From assembly GCA_963718615.1 (NCBI GenBank), contig OY970368.1:608001-672000 (forward strand): a stretch of DNA of 64,000 bases, read 5' to 3'. Each line of letters opens with the position of its first letter. Position 1 is the stretch's first letter. The DNA is from an uncultured cyanobacterium. GTDB lineage: Bacteria > Cyanobacteriota > Cyanobacteriia > PCC-9006 > JAAUQQ01. A program made the translations under genes and the position numbers. Shown in pieces: positions 22,336 to 32,849 of the stretch. A model generated the notes under the pieces. The model was not told the origin of the DNA and made no database searches. It saw only the letters and a program-made list of their open reading frames with translations.

Positions 22336-22723
22336 GCAACCGTTCACTCGCCGCAAGGGTTTGCTTATTGGCTAGCATTCACGGAAACAGCAAAACCTGA
22401 TCCGGAAGGGGGGGCGACGCAGTCGAGTTCTAAGTTCACACGAAAGCGGAATGCTACCAGGGTAAACCTATTCTTCCCTGAGAAGTGCAAAACTACACCG
22501 TAGCTTAGGCAACGTTTTGGGAGACAGGAAGGTATAGGGTTTGATTCCCAGTGTAATGGCTCGTTTCCGGTGTATCCAGCAGTTTCTCGGTAAAATATGA
22601 CGGACCTGGGGGCGATCGCCTCCGAGTTCTCCTCCCAATCCTAGCCTGAGTGCCCCATGTACACTGGGTTCCTGGGATTTAACGACCCAATTCCATCGCC
22701 TGAGATTTACCCGTTCCGATCCC

Positions 22724-25162
22724 ATGCATATTTCTCTCCATTGGCTGCAAGAGCTTGTTCAGTACGAATTATCCCCCGAGGAACTGGCCCATCAGCTCAC
22801 CATGGCCGGGTTTGAGGTAGAAGATATCGAAGACCGTCGTGCCTGGGCCGATGGGGTTGTGGTCGGCCAGGTTTTGACCTGTGAGCCCCATCCCGATGCC
22901 GATCGCCTGCGGGTTTGCACGGTGGAGGTTGGAGCGGAGAAACCGCTGAATATCGTCTGTGGCGCAGCCAATGTACGGGCAGAAGCCTTTGTGCCTGTGG
23001 CAACGATTGGGACCTATTTGGCCAAAATTGATCTGAAGCTCAAGCCCAGCAAACTGCGGGGGGTACCCTCGGAGGGCATGATTTGTTCCCTGACGGAGCT
23101 CGGTCTGGAGAAGGACTCAGACGGAATTCATCTCTTCGAGCAGCCAGTGACGCCGGGGCAGGATGTGCGGCCCTTGCTGGGGTTGGAAGATGTGATTTTG
23201 GATTTGACCTCGACGGCGAACCGGGCCGATGCCCTGAGCATGGTGGGTGTGGCACGGGAGGTGCGGGCCTTGACCAGCGGCACGCTGACACTGCCGGAGA
23301 TTGCTCTCCAGGATTACAAAACTGTACCCCAGCGGCTCCAGGTGGAGATTCGGGAAACTCAGGCTTGCCCGACCTACATCGGGACGGTGATTGAAGGGGT
23401 CAAAATTGGTCCGTCGCCGGATTGGCTCCAGCAGCGACTCCAGGCCGCAGGCACCCGCCCCATTAACAATGTCGTCGATATCACCAACTACGTCCTGCTG
23501 GAATGGGGCCAGCCGCTCCATGCCTTTGATGCGGATAAGCTCCAGCAGGTGACCGGAGAGAAGGCACTGAGCGTGGGGGTGCGGTTTGCCCAGGAGGGTG
23601 AAACCCTAACCACGCTGGATAGCCAGGAGCGCAAGCTTCAAGCCCAAACGCTACTGATTACCGCCAATGACAACCCTGTGGCGCTGGCCGGGGTGATGGG
23701 GGGCGAAGCGACAGAAGTGGGGGCGGAGACCACGAATCTAATGCTAGAGGCTGCTTGGTTTGAACCGGTGGCCATTCGGCGATCGGCTCGCACCCAAGGA
23801 TTGCGCACGGAAGCCTCGTCTCGCTATGAACGGGGTGTGAACCAAGCTGAGCTGAAGTTAGCCTGTCAGCGGGCGATCGACCTGATTCTCGAATTAGCGG
23901 GCGGAACCGTTGTCGCTCAAGCAGCTCAGTCTGAAATCAGCGATGCCACCCCGTGGAGCAATCAGATTGAACTCAGACTCGATCGCCTCCAAACCGTTCT
24001 CGGCCCCGTTTCAATCAACGGACAGCCAACGCCCCTCCCTGCCAATCGCGTCGAAGAAATTCTGACCGCCCTCGGTTGCGAACTGAGCCCCTTGTCTAAA
24101 GCAGGCACCTGGACCGTCACTGTGCCCCCCTACCGCTACCGGGATTTGGAGCGGGAAATTGACCTGATCGAGGAAGTCGCACGACTCCATGGCTACGACA
24201 ATTTCTGCGACACCTTGCCCCAAGCGGCTGGCATTGGCAAACTCTCCAGCGAACAGCGGCTCCTGCGCCAGCTCCGCGAGAGTTTCCGGGGCCTAGGGTT
24301 AACGGAAGTGCTGCACTATTCCCTCGGCAAGCCCGATCAGGATCACCAAATTAAACTCGCTAATCCGCTGTTGGCGGAGTATTCTGCCCTCCGCACGGAA
24401 ATGTTTCAGGGGCTGCTAGAGGCGTTTGAATACAACCTGTCCCAGGGGAATGGACCGCTGTGGGCGTTTGAATTGGGACGGATTTTTTGGCAAGCGGGGG
24501 AGAGCTTGAAAGAGGGCGATCGCCTCGCCGGTATCCTCGGGGGCGACCCAGAACTCGGCACCTGGAACCGCAGCGGACGGCCTCAGCCCCTGACCTGGTA
24601 CGAAGCCAAAGGCGTTCTCGAAACCGTTTTTGAACGCCTCGGCTTAGACGTTGCTTGGCGCACGGACTCCAGCCAAACACAACTCCATCCGGGCCGAACA
24701 GCGGCGCTCTGGCTGCGAGGTCGGGCCTACGGTACGTTTGGTCAGCTTCACCCGGTGATTGCGCGGGAGCGGGATTTACCTGGCGAAGTCTATTTGTTTG
24801 AGATGGATCTGGCGGCGTTGCTCCTGGCCCTGGCCGATGAAGAGGGTCGCAAAGTCCCTGTGTTCAAAGCCTATTCCACCTATCCCCTGGCCGATCGCGA
24901 TTTAGCGTTCTTCGTCGATAGCACCGTTTCCGTGGCAGACCTAGCTCGGCTGATGGAAAAGACCGGCGGCAAGTTGTTAGAGAAAGTCGAGTTGTTCGAT
25001 GAATATCGCGGCGAAAACGTCCCCGAAGGCCAGCGGAGTTTGGCGTTCCGGCTGAAGTATCGGGCGGGCGATCGCACCCTCACAGACCAGGACATCGACC
25101 CGATCCAGCAGAAGGTGCGTGACAAACTCGTTAAGCAGTACAAGGTGGAACTGCGCAGCTAG
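22724..25162 (+). CDS. pheT: Phenylalanine--tRNA ligase beta subunit
   Basis: [55 protein letters not shown]-terminus. Confidence 0.97.
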   Translation: MHISLHWLQELVQYELSPEELAHQLTMAGFEVEDIEDRRAWADGVVVGQVLTCEPHPDADRLRVCTVEVGAEKPLNIVCGAANVRAEAFVPVATIGTYLAKIDLKLKPSKLRGVPSEGMICSLTELGLEKDSDGIHLFEQPVTPGQDVRPLLGLEDVILDLTSTANRADALSMVGVAREVRALTSGTLTLPEIALQDYKTVPQRLQVEIRETQACPTYIGTVIEGVKIGPSPDWLQQRLQAAGTRPINNVVDITNYVLLEWGQPLHAFDADKLQQVTGEKALSVGVRFAQEGETLTTLDSQERKLQAQTLLITANDNPVALAGVMGGEATEVGAETTNLMLEAAWFEPVAIRRSARTQGLRTEASSRYERGVNQAELKLACQRAIDLILELAGGTVVAQAAQSEISDATPWSNQIELRLDRLQTVLGPVSINGQPTPLPANRVEEILTALGCELSPLSKAGTWTVTVPPYRYRDLEREIDLIEEVARLHGYDNFCDTLPQAAGIGKLSSEQRLLRQLRESFRGLGLTEVLHYSLGKPDQDHQIKLANPLLAEYSALRTEMFQGLLEAFEYNLSQGNGPLWAFELGRIFWQAGESLKEGDRLAGILGGDPELGTWNRSGRPQPLTWYEAKGVLETVFERLGLDVAWRTDSSQTQLHPGRTAALWLRGRAYGTFGQLHPVIARERDLPGEVYLFEMDLAALLLALADEEGRKVPVFKAYSTYPLADRDLAFFVDSTVSVADLARLMEKTGGKLLEKVELFDEYRGENVPEGQRSLAFRLKYRAGDRTLTDQDIDPIQQKVRDKLVKQYKVELRS

Positions 25163-25180
25163 AGCTCAAACCCGCTAAAA

Positions 25181-25768
25181 TTACCGTCCCACCCGCAATA
25201 CCTCTGCCACTGTCAGTTTGAGACTGGGGAATAGGGGAGAGAGAATAGTCTCAATCCCCTGGAAGGTCGCAAACTCATAGGCTCCAGCGATCAGTCTGCC
25301 AACCTTCACCCAGGCGTAATCGGGGTCAATGATCCAATATTCTGGAATGCCTCGCTCTGCGTACTCTATGGGTTTCTCAAGATAATCGCGTTCATGGGAT
25401 TTTCTGTCTGTCTTGCTATTGGAAACAACTTCTATGACTAGCCAGGGAGCCGGCAAGCCCTCTCGTAGCAGCTTGCCATCTTCTAAAATCGCCTTGCTGG
25501 ATTCCGGAGAATGAACGATTAAATCAGGCTGTCGAGCCGTTGCCTTGGTGCTGTCTACGGCAATTTGATGGCCGATCGCTAAGTCGTTTTCCGTCAACCC
25601 CAAACGGACAAAGGCGATCACGAGAAACATGGCAATGCGACAGTTCGCCGGATTTTCAGCACCCATTTCGACTAATATCCCATCGACCAACTCATAGCGG
25701 TTATCAGAGCCGTCGTCATAGGTTAGATACTCCTCTAGGGTCATTCGTCTTTGAGCCGCGACTGCCAT
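25181..25768 (-). CDS. Uma2-family endonuclease-like protein
   Basis: MTLEEYL...YELVDG, PDL, LVIEVVS, YAERGIPEYWIIDP. Confidence 0.92.
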   Translation of the reverse strand: MAVAAQRRMTLEEYLTYDDGSDNRYELVDGILVEMGAENPANCRIAMFLVIAFVRLGLTENDLAIGHQIAVDSTKATARQPDLIVHSPESSKAILEDGKLLREGLPAPWLVIEVVSNSKTDRKSHERDYLEKPIEYAERGIPEYWIIDPDYAWVKVGRLIAGAYEFATFQGIETILSPLFPSLKLTVAEVLRVGR

Positions 25769-25821
25769 GGGTAACCCTCCTTTTCCTTCACCTCGGTATT
25801 TTTACTTTAGCGATTTTCTAG

Positions 25822-27222
25822 CTAAGACCGCTCCAAAACCGCTAGGGACTCCACATGGGCCGTTTGGGGGAAGAAATCAGCCGGTTGAACCGGCTTGAGC
25901 TGGTACAACCCCCCTTCGCAAAGGATCTGGAGATCCCGTGCTAGGGTGGCGGGATTGCAACTCATGTAGGCAATGCGCTGGGGTTTTTGCTCCCTTAGGG
26001 TATCGAGAACGCGGCGATCGCATCCCTTCCGAGGGGGATCCAACACCACCACATCCGGCACCACTTCCAACGTCGGTAAAACCAATTCCACCGGCCCCAC
26101 CCGAAACTCCACATTACTAATGCCATTGAGCCGAGCATTGCGTTCCGCCTGCTGCACCGCCTGGGCCTGGGCCTCTAGGCCGATCACCTGGGCCACCTGC
26201 CGCGCCAGGGGCAACGACAGCGTTCCAACCCCGCAATAGGCATCAACGATCCGTTCGGACCCTTGCAGATTCAATGTCTCCACCAAAGCCGCGAGCAGCG
26301 CTTCCGCTTGCTCGGTATAGATTTGGAAAAAGGTTTCTGGGCCAATCTGAAACCGTAACCCTGCAAATTCCTCTTCCAGATAGGGCTGTCCGGCGACGCA
26401 ATGGGTGCGGGGACCGAGGATAACGTTGGTTTGGGAGGCGTTTTCATTGAGGCAAACGCCCACCAGATCTGGATAGCGATCGAGCCACACCTGGGCCTGG
26501 GCTTCAATGCCCGTCAAATCCGCATGGGTCGAGACCAAAGTCAGCAGCATCTGCCCCGTTCGTCGTCCAATGCGCAGACTCAAATGGCGCAACTCGCCCG
26601 AATGCTTTTTCTCACTGTAAATACTCCAGCCCCGGTCCTGGATATCCGCCTTGATGTCTGCCAGCAACGGATTGAGGCGATCGTCCTGCACCGGACAGCG
26701 ATTCAGATTAATCAACTGGTGGCTACCCTTGCGATAGTAGCCTGCCTTCACCTGACCCGTGCCCGACTCCCGCAGGGGATAGGTCGCCTTGTTGCGATAG
26801 CCCAACGACGCAGCGTTCGATAGCAACGGTAAAACATCCACGGCTTCAAACTTGCCAATCCGCTGCAGCGCATTCACCACCATCTGGCGCTTGGCCTCTC
26901 GCTGATACTCATAGTCCACATGCTGCCACTGACAGCCGCCGCAGCGATCGGCCACAATGCAATTGGGGCGCGTGCGGTAGGACGACGGCTGCAACAACGT
27001 CACCAATTGACCATAGCCATATTGAGGCTTGACCCGCACGAGGCGAACCAAGGCGCGATCGCCCGTTACCGTATCCGGCACAAACACCGCCCGCTGGGCA
27101 TAGCGTCCGACACCATCGCCGCGATCGCTCAAATCCGTAATCGTGACTTCGACCAACTGACCTTGCTGCCAGCCGTCCGCTCGTCCCTCTGTCCGTCCTT
27201 CCGTCCGTTCACTCACGTTCAT
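25822..27222 (-). CDS. rlmD: 23S rRNA (uracil1939-C5)-methyltransferase
   Basis: TRAM domain, CGGCQWQH, DAYCGVG, LDPPRKG, YMSCNPATLARD, DFFPQTAHVE; start uncertain (ORF extends to 27324). Confidence 0.93.
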   Translation of the reverse strand: MNVSERTEGRTEGRADGWQQGQLVEVTITDLSDRGDGVGRYAQRAVFVPDTVTGDRALVRLVRVKPQYGYGQLVTLLQPSSYRTRPNCIVADRCGGCQWQHVDYEYQREAKRQMVVNALQRIGKFEAVDVLPLLSNAASLGYRNKATYPLRESGTGQVKAGYYRKGSHQLINLNRCPVQDDRLNPLLADIKADIQDRGWSIYSEKKHSGELRHLSLRIGRRTGQMLLTLVSTHADLTGIEAQAQVWLDRYPDLVGVCLNENASQTNVILGPRTHCVAGQPYLEEEFAGLRFQIGPETFFQIYTEQAEALLAALVETLNLQGSERIVDAYCGVGTLSLPLARQVAQVIGLEAQAQAVQQAERNARLNGISNVEFRVGPVELVLPTLEVVPDVVVLDPPRKGCDRRVLDTLREQKPQRIAYMSCNPATLARDLQILCEGGLYQLKPVQPADFFPQTAHVESLAVLERS

Positions 27223-27510
27223 TGCTTGCCCCAGAACCCAGCGGACTTCAACCTGACCGTCACGCCGCTGGAATGCGCTTAAAGATTGACTTGATTCAGT
27301 GTCGCACGTTTCAGGAGAGGGCAAGCAGGGGCGAATTTCCTAGGGAATTTACAGGGGCTTCGCCCTCCAGCGAGGGCGATCGCGTCGTGAAGCTTAATAA
27401 CTTCCGTAACAGATTGTTTCGCTCGTGCCGCCCAACTCGCTAAACTACAGGGAATAAGACCGCGATCCGCTGCGATCAAAATCATCTTCCTTAAAAAACT
27501 TGTCATAGAT

Positions 27511-28005
27511 ATGACTGTAGTAAGCCAAGTAATTCTGAAAGCTGATGACGAGCTGCGCTATCCCAGTAATGGCGAGCTGAGAAGCATTACCGACTTCTTC
27601 AAGACTGGCGAAATGCGGGTTCGCATTGCAGAAACGCTCACCGAGAGCGAGAAGAAAATTGTTGAGCAATCCAGCCGGAAACTCTGGCAAAAGCGCCCGG
27701 ACTTTATCTCTCCGGGGGGCAATGCCTATGGCCAAAAGCAGCGGGCCCAATGCCTGCGGGACTATGGCTGGTATCTGCGCCTGGTCACCTATGGGATTTT
27801 GGCCGGGGACAAGGATCCGATCGAGTCCATTGGTTTGCTCGGTGCGCGGGAAATGTATAACTCCCTAGGGGTACCGATGCCCGGAATGGTGGAAGCCATG
27901 CGCTGCATGAAAGAAGTGTCTCTGTCGCTCCTGAGCAGAGAGGAAGCCGCGATCGCCGAGCCTTACTTCGACTTCCTGATTCAAGGGATGGACACTGCTA
28001 TCTAG
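27511..28005 (+). CDS. apcD: Allophycocyanin-B alpha subunit
   Basis: [43 protein letters not shown]. Confidence 0.95.
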   Translation: MTVVSQVILKADDELRYPSNGELRSITDFFKTGEMRVRIAETLTESEKKIVEQSSRKLWQKRPDFISPGGNAYGQKQRAQCLRDYGWYLRLVTYGILAGDKDPIESIGLLGAREMYNSLGVPMPGMVEAMRCMKEVSLSLLSREEAAIAEPYFDFLIQGMDTAI

Positions 28006-28027
28006 ATCGCTCCTCGGAGGCGAGCCC

Positions 28028-28276
28028 ATGTGTATTTGCGTAAACTGTCAGTATGTCGATCGCTGTACCACCTACCATGCGGTCGAAACCCAACATCAAC
28101 AGCCTCACTTAACGGAATCTCCGGATTTTGAAGCAGTGGAGCCCACCATTAATGTCAATATTCGTCAAGACGGCGAAATTATTGAAATGGAGTGGGATGT
28201 GGTCGGGTGTGAAAGTTTTACGGCGGATACAGGGCGCTGGGCTAAGCTCAGACCGGGGGAATTGGTCCCGACGTAG
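28028..28276 (+). CDS. ycf34: Ycf34 family Fe-S protein
   Basis: MCICVNC..VDRC..YHAVE...EWDVVGC. Confidence 0.92.
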   Translation: MCICVNCQYVDRCTTYHAVETQHQQPHLTESPDFEAVEPTINVNIRQDGEIIEMEWDVVGCESFTADTGRWAKLRPGELVPT

Positions 28277-28360
28277 CGATCGGAATTCCATCTGTGGGGA
28301 CATGGCATTGCCATGTCCCTACACTTTTGTTGCTCCTAATTTTCATGTTTTGACCTGCCC

Positions 28361-29080
28361 GTGACTGTTTCTTGGCGCTATGGTTTGGCGCTCCACACCA
28401 CGACCCCAGAGCTGGGGCTGGCGATCGCCCCGATCTCCCTCCCCCAACCTCAAGATCCAATTCCCGACTCAAGTCCTACCGCAAGTCCCGATCCGGCCCC
28501 GACGCCCCCCCGTTTCCAGGTCCTCGACTTAGGTCGCGATCTGGGGAATCAACTGCACCTGCGGCTGCAAGCGTTTCTCCAACCTCAAACCTGGCAGGAC
28601 CTCGGCTATGTGGCGATCGCCGCCGGCCCCGGTGGCTTTACCGGTACGCGCATGGGCATCGTCGTCGCTCGGACCTTAGCCCAGCAGCTCGATCTGCCGT
28701 TGTTTGCAGTGTCTACCCTAGCCGCCTATGCCGTTGCCCAGTGGGCGGGGGAAACCGTGGCGCGATCGCAAGCCATCGCCCTCTCCATGCGCGCCCAGCG
28801 GGGAGAACTTTTTACTGCCCTTTATCAACAACCAGACCCCCACCAGCTGCCCCAGGCAATCTGGCCTGACCAGGTGATGACACCAGAGGCTTGGGCAGCG
28901 CAGCAGGCAACCTGGAGTATGCCTAGGACGGTGATGACCGTTGAAGGAGGGATTGCGGCTTCGGTGACCCAGGTGTTGGCGATCGCCCAATGTCGCTATT
29001 ACATCGGAGAACGCCCCCACTGGAGCGAGGCCAGTCCTTTCTATGGTCAGCATCCTGTGGTCTTGGTCCCCACCCCCTAG
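28361..29080 (+). CDS. tsaB: tRNA threonylcarbamoyladenosine biosynthesis protein TsaB
   Basis: LALHTT, GPGGFTGTRMG, AQRGELF, PFYGQHPV. Confidence 0.9.
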   Translation: MTVSWRYGLALHTTTPELGLAIAPISLPQPQDPIPDSSPTASPDPAPTPPRFQVLDLGRDLGNQLHLRLQAFLQPQTWQDLGYVAIAAGPGGFTGTRMGIVVARTLAQQLDLPLFAVSTLAAYAVAQWAGETVARSQAIALSMRAQRGELFTALYQQPDPHQLPQAIWPDQVMTPEAWAAQQATWSMPRTVMTVEGGIAASVTQVLAIAQCRYYIGERPHWSEASPFYGQHPVVLVPTP

Positions 29081-29394
29081 GGGAGGCGGCTGCCCCCCAC
29101 TGATTTTGGGTTATCCGTGCAAAAATAGAAACATTCGGGTCGGGTCACTGACGAAGCGCCTAGAGAAACGCATCTATCAGGTTTTATTCTGGGAATTCTC
29201 TAACTATACGAAACCCTAAAATTGCTTTCGCTCGTCGTTTCTCATCTAATCCTCCGAGAGACCCCTGGCTTTAGCCATGGGGAGGGATAGGAGCGCGACC
29301 GTGAGGGAGCAATTTGTGTTTCGCCCCAGAAGCTAAGACCTAAATCTACAAGATCTTTATGGAGCACAGCTTTCAACTATTCTAGAGTGGGTAT

Positions 29395-29435
29395 GGAAAG
29401 CAAAAACCAAGCTTTCCCTTGCACCTTGAAAACTG
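29395..29435 (+). promoter_or_regulatory. boxB-like hairpin plus boxA-like element
   Basis: GGAAAGC-9 nt-GCTTTCC hairpin, then GCACCTTGAAAACTG, close to the cyanobacterial rrn ITS boxA GAACCTTGAAAA; candidate -10 TATTCT at 29378-29383. Confidence 0.55.
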
Positions 29436-29510
29436 AAGTTATGGGGTTCTGGTCAGGAATGCTTGGCCAGGTAAAAACTTCAAGCAACAAGTAGATGTCT
29501 TAGAGACACC

Positions 29511-29679
29511 GTACCGTGGGGCTCACGGAATCGGACCTCTGCAAAGGGGTGAAAGCCTGTGGACTTGAGTAAGACGGGAACATAGCAACGTTTGTTGTCG
29601 TGTACGCATCGTGAATGAAGCAGGAAATCTTTGGAGCAATCCGGAGAATCCCCCGGTTTCAACCGTGGGGAGTAGTCAA
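29511..29679 (+). ncRNA. TnpB-type omegaRNA (reRNA) scaffold
   Basis: Motif order typical of IS605 right ends: ACCGTGGGGCTCACGG, GCCTGTGGA, GTAAGAC, TGAAGCAGGAA, GAATCCCC hairpin, TCAA; extra GCAA-capped hairpins. Confidence 0.7.
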
Positions 29680-29721
29680 CGGGCCATGACTGCCTGAGCA
29701 GTCACATCTACGCAACCCCCT

Positions 29722-30345
29722 ATGCAGCTCAAGCTTCCCCCCTATCCCCATAAAATTCGTCGTACTCGCCGCACCAAACGCCGCCTGTCTTGGCGGCGGC
29801 TGGTGGTGGGTAGCTTGGCCGTTTCCGTCGTGTTTTTTGGGGCCCAGCGTCAATTCAAGCTGTGGACGCTTCCGGCCCAAGCCATTGTGGTTCTGGGTGG
29901 CGAGGTCAATCGCGAAAACTTTGCAGCCCGCATGGCCCAGCAGTATCCCGATTTACCGGTTTGGGTTTCCTCGGGCACCAATCCTGAATACGCCGAATGG
30001 GTTTTCCTAGAACAGGGAGGCATTGAACGCGATCGCCTCCATCTCGACTACCGGGCGGTCGATACTGTCACCAATTTCACAACCCTCGTGGGTGACCTGG
30101 AAGCCTCAGGCATCCACAAGATCTATCTCGTGACCTCCCGTTCCCACATGCGTCGCGCTCGCATCATTGGGGAAATTGTTCTCGGCAGCCGGGGCATTGT
30201 GATGGCTCCCGTGACCGTTCCCTCGGAGATGGCCCAAGAACCTCTAAAAAAATCTATCCGCGATGGCGTAAGAGCCTTTCTCTGGCTAGTGACCGGCTAT
30301 ACCGGAGCCGATCTACGAGATATTCTTCGCACTAACCATTTTTGA
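29722..30345 (+). CDS. YdcF/DUF218 family protein
   Basis: AIVVLGG, AVDTVTNF, LVTSRSHMRRA. Confidence 0.88.
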   Translation: MQLKLPPYPHKIRRTRRTKRRLSWRRLVVGSLAVSVVFFGAQRQFKLWTLPAQAIVVLGGEVNRENFAARMAQQYPDLPVWVSSGTNPEYAEWVFLEQGGIERDRLHLDYRAVDTVTNFTTLVGDLEASGIHKIYLVTSRSHMRRARIIGEIVLGSRGIVMAPVTVPSEMAQEPLKKSIRDGVRAFLWLVTGYTGADLRDILRTNHF

Positions 30346-30352
30346 AGAATCC

Positions 30353-31528
30353 TTATAAAGAACCCGCCACAGAGCTTAAAGAACCTGCTACAGAACCCGC
30401 ATTTGAAGCATCACCGTTTGCAGAAACCGTTGTTGCAATCGCACTTCGCAGAACCTGTTCCCGCTCAATCGCTTCAAATAAGGCGCGGAAATTACCTTCA
30501 CCAAATCCCTGGGCCTTGCGATCGCCCTGCACCGAATAGCGCTCGATCAGTTCAAGAAAAAATGTTGGCTGGGAAAATAAAGGATGGGTAAAAATCTGCA
30601 ATAGCGGGCTGCGGGGAGATTCCGGTTGCCAATCCACCAAAATTTGTTGTCTGGCGATCGCCTCCCAGTCCAGCCGCTGCGCTCCCCAATCGGCGCGCTG
30701 GCGAAGCTGCTGATAATAGGTGACCGGCGCATCCAAAAACGCAATGCCCTCCTGTCGGAGTTGGGCAATGGTTTGGGGCAAGTTTTCACAGCCCAGCGCT
30801 AGATGTTGAATCCCTGCGCCTCGATTCAAATCAATAAATTCCTGAATTTGCGAAGTCCTAGACGTGGGTTCATTAATGGGAAATTGAACCCGAGATTGGA
30901 CTGGATCAGTCGGTAGCGGCCCCAGCAATACTCGGCTCCGCAATCCCGACCAGGGCGTTTCGATCTGAAACTGCTGCTGAGGCTCAAAGGCAAACAGCCG
31001 ACTGTACCACTGCAACGCCTGGTCTAGCTCCCCCTTGGCAACATTGAGAACCACATGATCGACGTACCAGTCACGCTTAGATTGACTCGGTCCCGTCATG
31101 GACTCCACCGCTGAACGTTCCCCTTGAAACACCGTATGCTTCAGCGGCCCCCAGCCCGGTAGCTGCGCCCAAGCCTGGAGCCCAGGTCCATAGGGTAATA
31201 GGCCAGTGGTATCTGTGGTATCTGTAGTGAAAGGCAGCAGGGTCTGAATGCCTAACCCTTCGGCCCGACTCAGGAGCTGTTGCAAATCTGACACCACAAA
31301 GGCAACATCCACCACACCCGCCGGGTGCTGCTGAAGGTATCGAGCCACAGGACCGTCATGGCCTAAGGGCGAAGAAAAGACAAAACAGACCGAGCCCCGC
31401 ACCACGCGCTCATGCCGAGTGGTTGCGTCCTGTCCGCTGTAACGGCTCTCAAATCCCCAAACCTGGCAAAATTGCGATCGCCAAGCCCGAGCATCTTCAA
31501 CCCCAAAGTGGATATAGGCGATTTTCAT
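30353..31528 (-). CDS. hppD: 4-hydroxyphenylpyruvate dioxygenase
   Basis: DHVVLNV, PINEP, SQIQEF, GIQHLAL, LLQIFT, GFGEGNFRALFEAIE. Confidence 0.93.
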   Translation of the reverse strand: MKIAYIHFGVEDARAWRSQFCQVWGFESRYSGQDATTRHERVVRGSVCFVFSSPLGHDGPVARYLQQHPAGVVDVAFVVSDLQQLLSRAEGLGIQTLLPFTTDTTDTTGLLPYGPGLQAWAQLPGWGPLKHTVFQGERSAVESMTGPSQSKRDWYVDHVVLNVAKGELDQALQWYSRLFAFEPQQQFQIETPWSGLRSRVLLGPLPTDPVQSRVQFPINEPTSRTSQIQEFIDLNRGAGIQHLALGCENLPQTIAQLRQEGIAFLDAPVTYYQQLRQRADWGAQRLDWEAIARQQILVDWQPESPRSPLLQIFTHPLFSQPTFFLELIERYSVQGDRKAQGFGEGNFRALFEAIEREQVLRSAIATTVSANGDASNAGSVAGSLSSVAGSL

Positions 31529-31667
31529 GCCTGATATTTCAAACCCAAACCATACAACAGAGAGACCTTCGGTGGACCCTCCCTCACCATAGCGCGGGGG
31601 TTAGAGTTATCAGGAATTTAGGACAGGAAATCATCCAACAGAGAGAGTTAGACGGAATCCATAACGC

Positions 31668-32663
31668 TCAAAGGGTTAGATTCTTTAAATCACTACGAGG
31701 ATCCGTTGTTCGTGCCTCTTTGAGCGCTTCGTAAGCAGCTCGTTCTGGAGCCCCTAGGGTTTTGGGCACTGCAATCAAGACCTTGACCAACTGGTCCCCC
31801 CGACCATTACGTGTGGGCCAACCCTTGCCCCGCAACCGCAACGATTGGCCGGAACGGATTCCCGCTGGAATATTGACCGTTACTTTGCCATCAGGCGTCG
31901 GCACTTCAATCTGGGTTCCCAGCGCGGCCTCATCGGGGGCAATGGGGATTTCACAAACCAGATTTTCCCCTTCTAGCTGAAAAAAGCGATGGCTTTGCAA
32001 ATCAATCAGCAGATATAAATCGCCTCGCTGGCCATAGGCACTGGCCATGCCCTTGCCCCGCAACCGCACTTTGCTACCGCTTTTGACCCCCGCTGGGATA
32101 TTGACGTCAATCGATTCACCATTCACCTTAATCGACTTGCGGACGCCCCGAAAGGCTTCTCCCAACGTCAACACCAGCTTAGCCTCTTGGTCTAAATTGG
32201 TCGCTGTGGCGCGCCCGCCTCCCCCAAAACCTCCATTAAAACCGCCATAACCCGCCGCCGATGGCCCCGTCGACGAACCATAGGATGAGTAGCTACCACC
32301 GCCACCACTGGGCGTGTTAAACCGTCCCAGCAGATCGTTAATAAAGTCTTCAAAATTATTGAAGCGGCCAAAGTCTACATCTCCGAAGCCAACTCCACCA
32401 CCGCCAAAACCGGGGCCACCCGCCGCCGCCTGTTTCCAATATTGGCCAAATTGATCGTATTTCTTGCGTTTATCGGGGTCGGAGAGAACCTCGTAGGCTT
32501 CATTGATTTCCTTGAACTTAGTTTCGGCAGCCTGATCACCCGGATTCAAATCTGGATGATACTTTCGCGCAAGACGACGAAAGGCCTGCTTGATTTCATC
32601 CGCGTCCGCTGAACGCTGCACACCCAAAATAGAGTAATAGTCTTTGAAATCCGTCGCCGCCAT
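31668..32663 (-). CDS. Type II J-domain protein (DnaJ/CbpA-like, no zinc finger)
   Basis: [11 protein letters not shown] motif, G/F-rich region, DnaJ C-terminal domain. Confidence 0.92.
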   Translation of the reverse strand: MAATDFKDYYSILGVQRSADADEIKQAFRRLARKYHPDLNPGDQAAETKFKEINEAYEVLSDPDKRKKYDQFGQYWKQAAAGGPGFGGGGVGFGDVDFGRFNNFEDFINDLLGRFNTPSGGGGSYSSYGSSTGPSAAGYGGFNGGFGGGGRATATNLDQEAKLVLTLGEAFRGVRKSIKVNGESIDVNIPAGVKSGSKVRLRGKGMASAYGQRGDLYLLIDLQSHRFFQLEGENLVCEIPIAPDEAALGTQIEVPTPDGKVTVNIPAGIRSGQSLRLRGKGWPTRNGRGDQLVKVLIAVPKTLGAPERAAYEALKEARTTDPRSDLKNLTL

Positions 32664-32849
32664 TCGCCTTCAAACTCCTTGCTCTGCGAAGTTTTGCCTC
32701 AGCCTGGAATAAGAGGCAGGTAAAAACCTGCCCCCAGGCCCATATCTATTGTGACAATCCGCAGAGTTAGACGCGAGTGCGTTTAACCGTAAGCTCCAGG
32801 ATTCGGTTTGCTCCAGCCAAAACTAACGTTCATCAGGCTAGAGCTCCGG

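Larger units (their letters stand above)
29248..29679 (+). mobile_element. Non-autonomous IS200/IS605-family element (no tnpA or tnpB)
   Basis: Left hairpin CCCCTGGCTTTAGCCATGGGG (29262-29282); right hairpin CCCCCGGTTTCAACCGTGGGG followed by AGTAGTCAA ending at 29679; no transposase or TnpB ORF between them; left boundary approximate. Confidence 0.85.

Noticed and set aside
29480-29662. 60-aa ORF within the IS605 remnant
   Set aside because: Antisense to the omegaRNA scaffold, with no TnpA or TnpB motifs
29248-29679. HEARO/IscB-type element
   Set aside because: The scaffold sits at the right end and finishes in TCAA with TnpB-type motifs; there is no HNH ORF
29680-29699. Trans target of the putative guide within this window
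   Set aside because: Only short matches of about 9 nt were noticed by eye (near 1670 and 2844), consistent with chance
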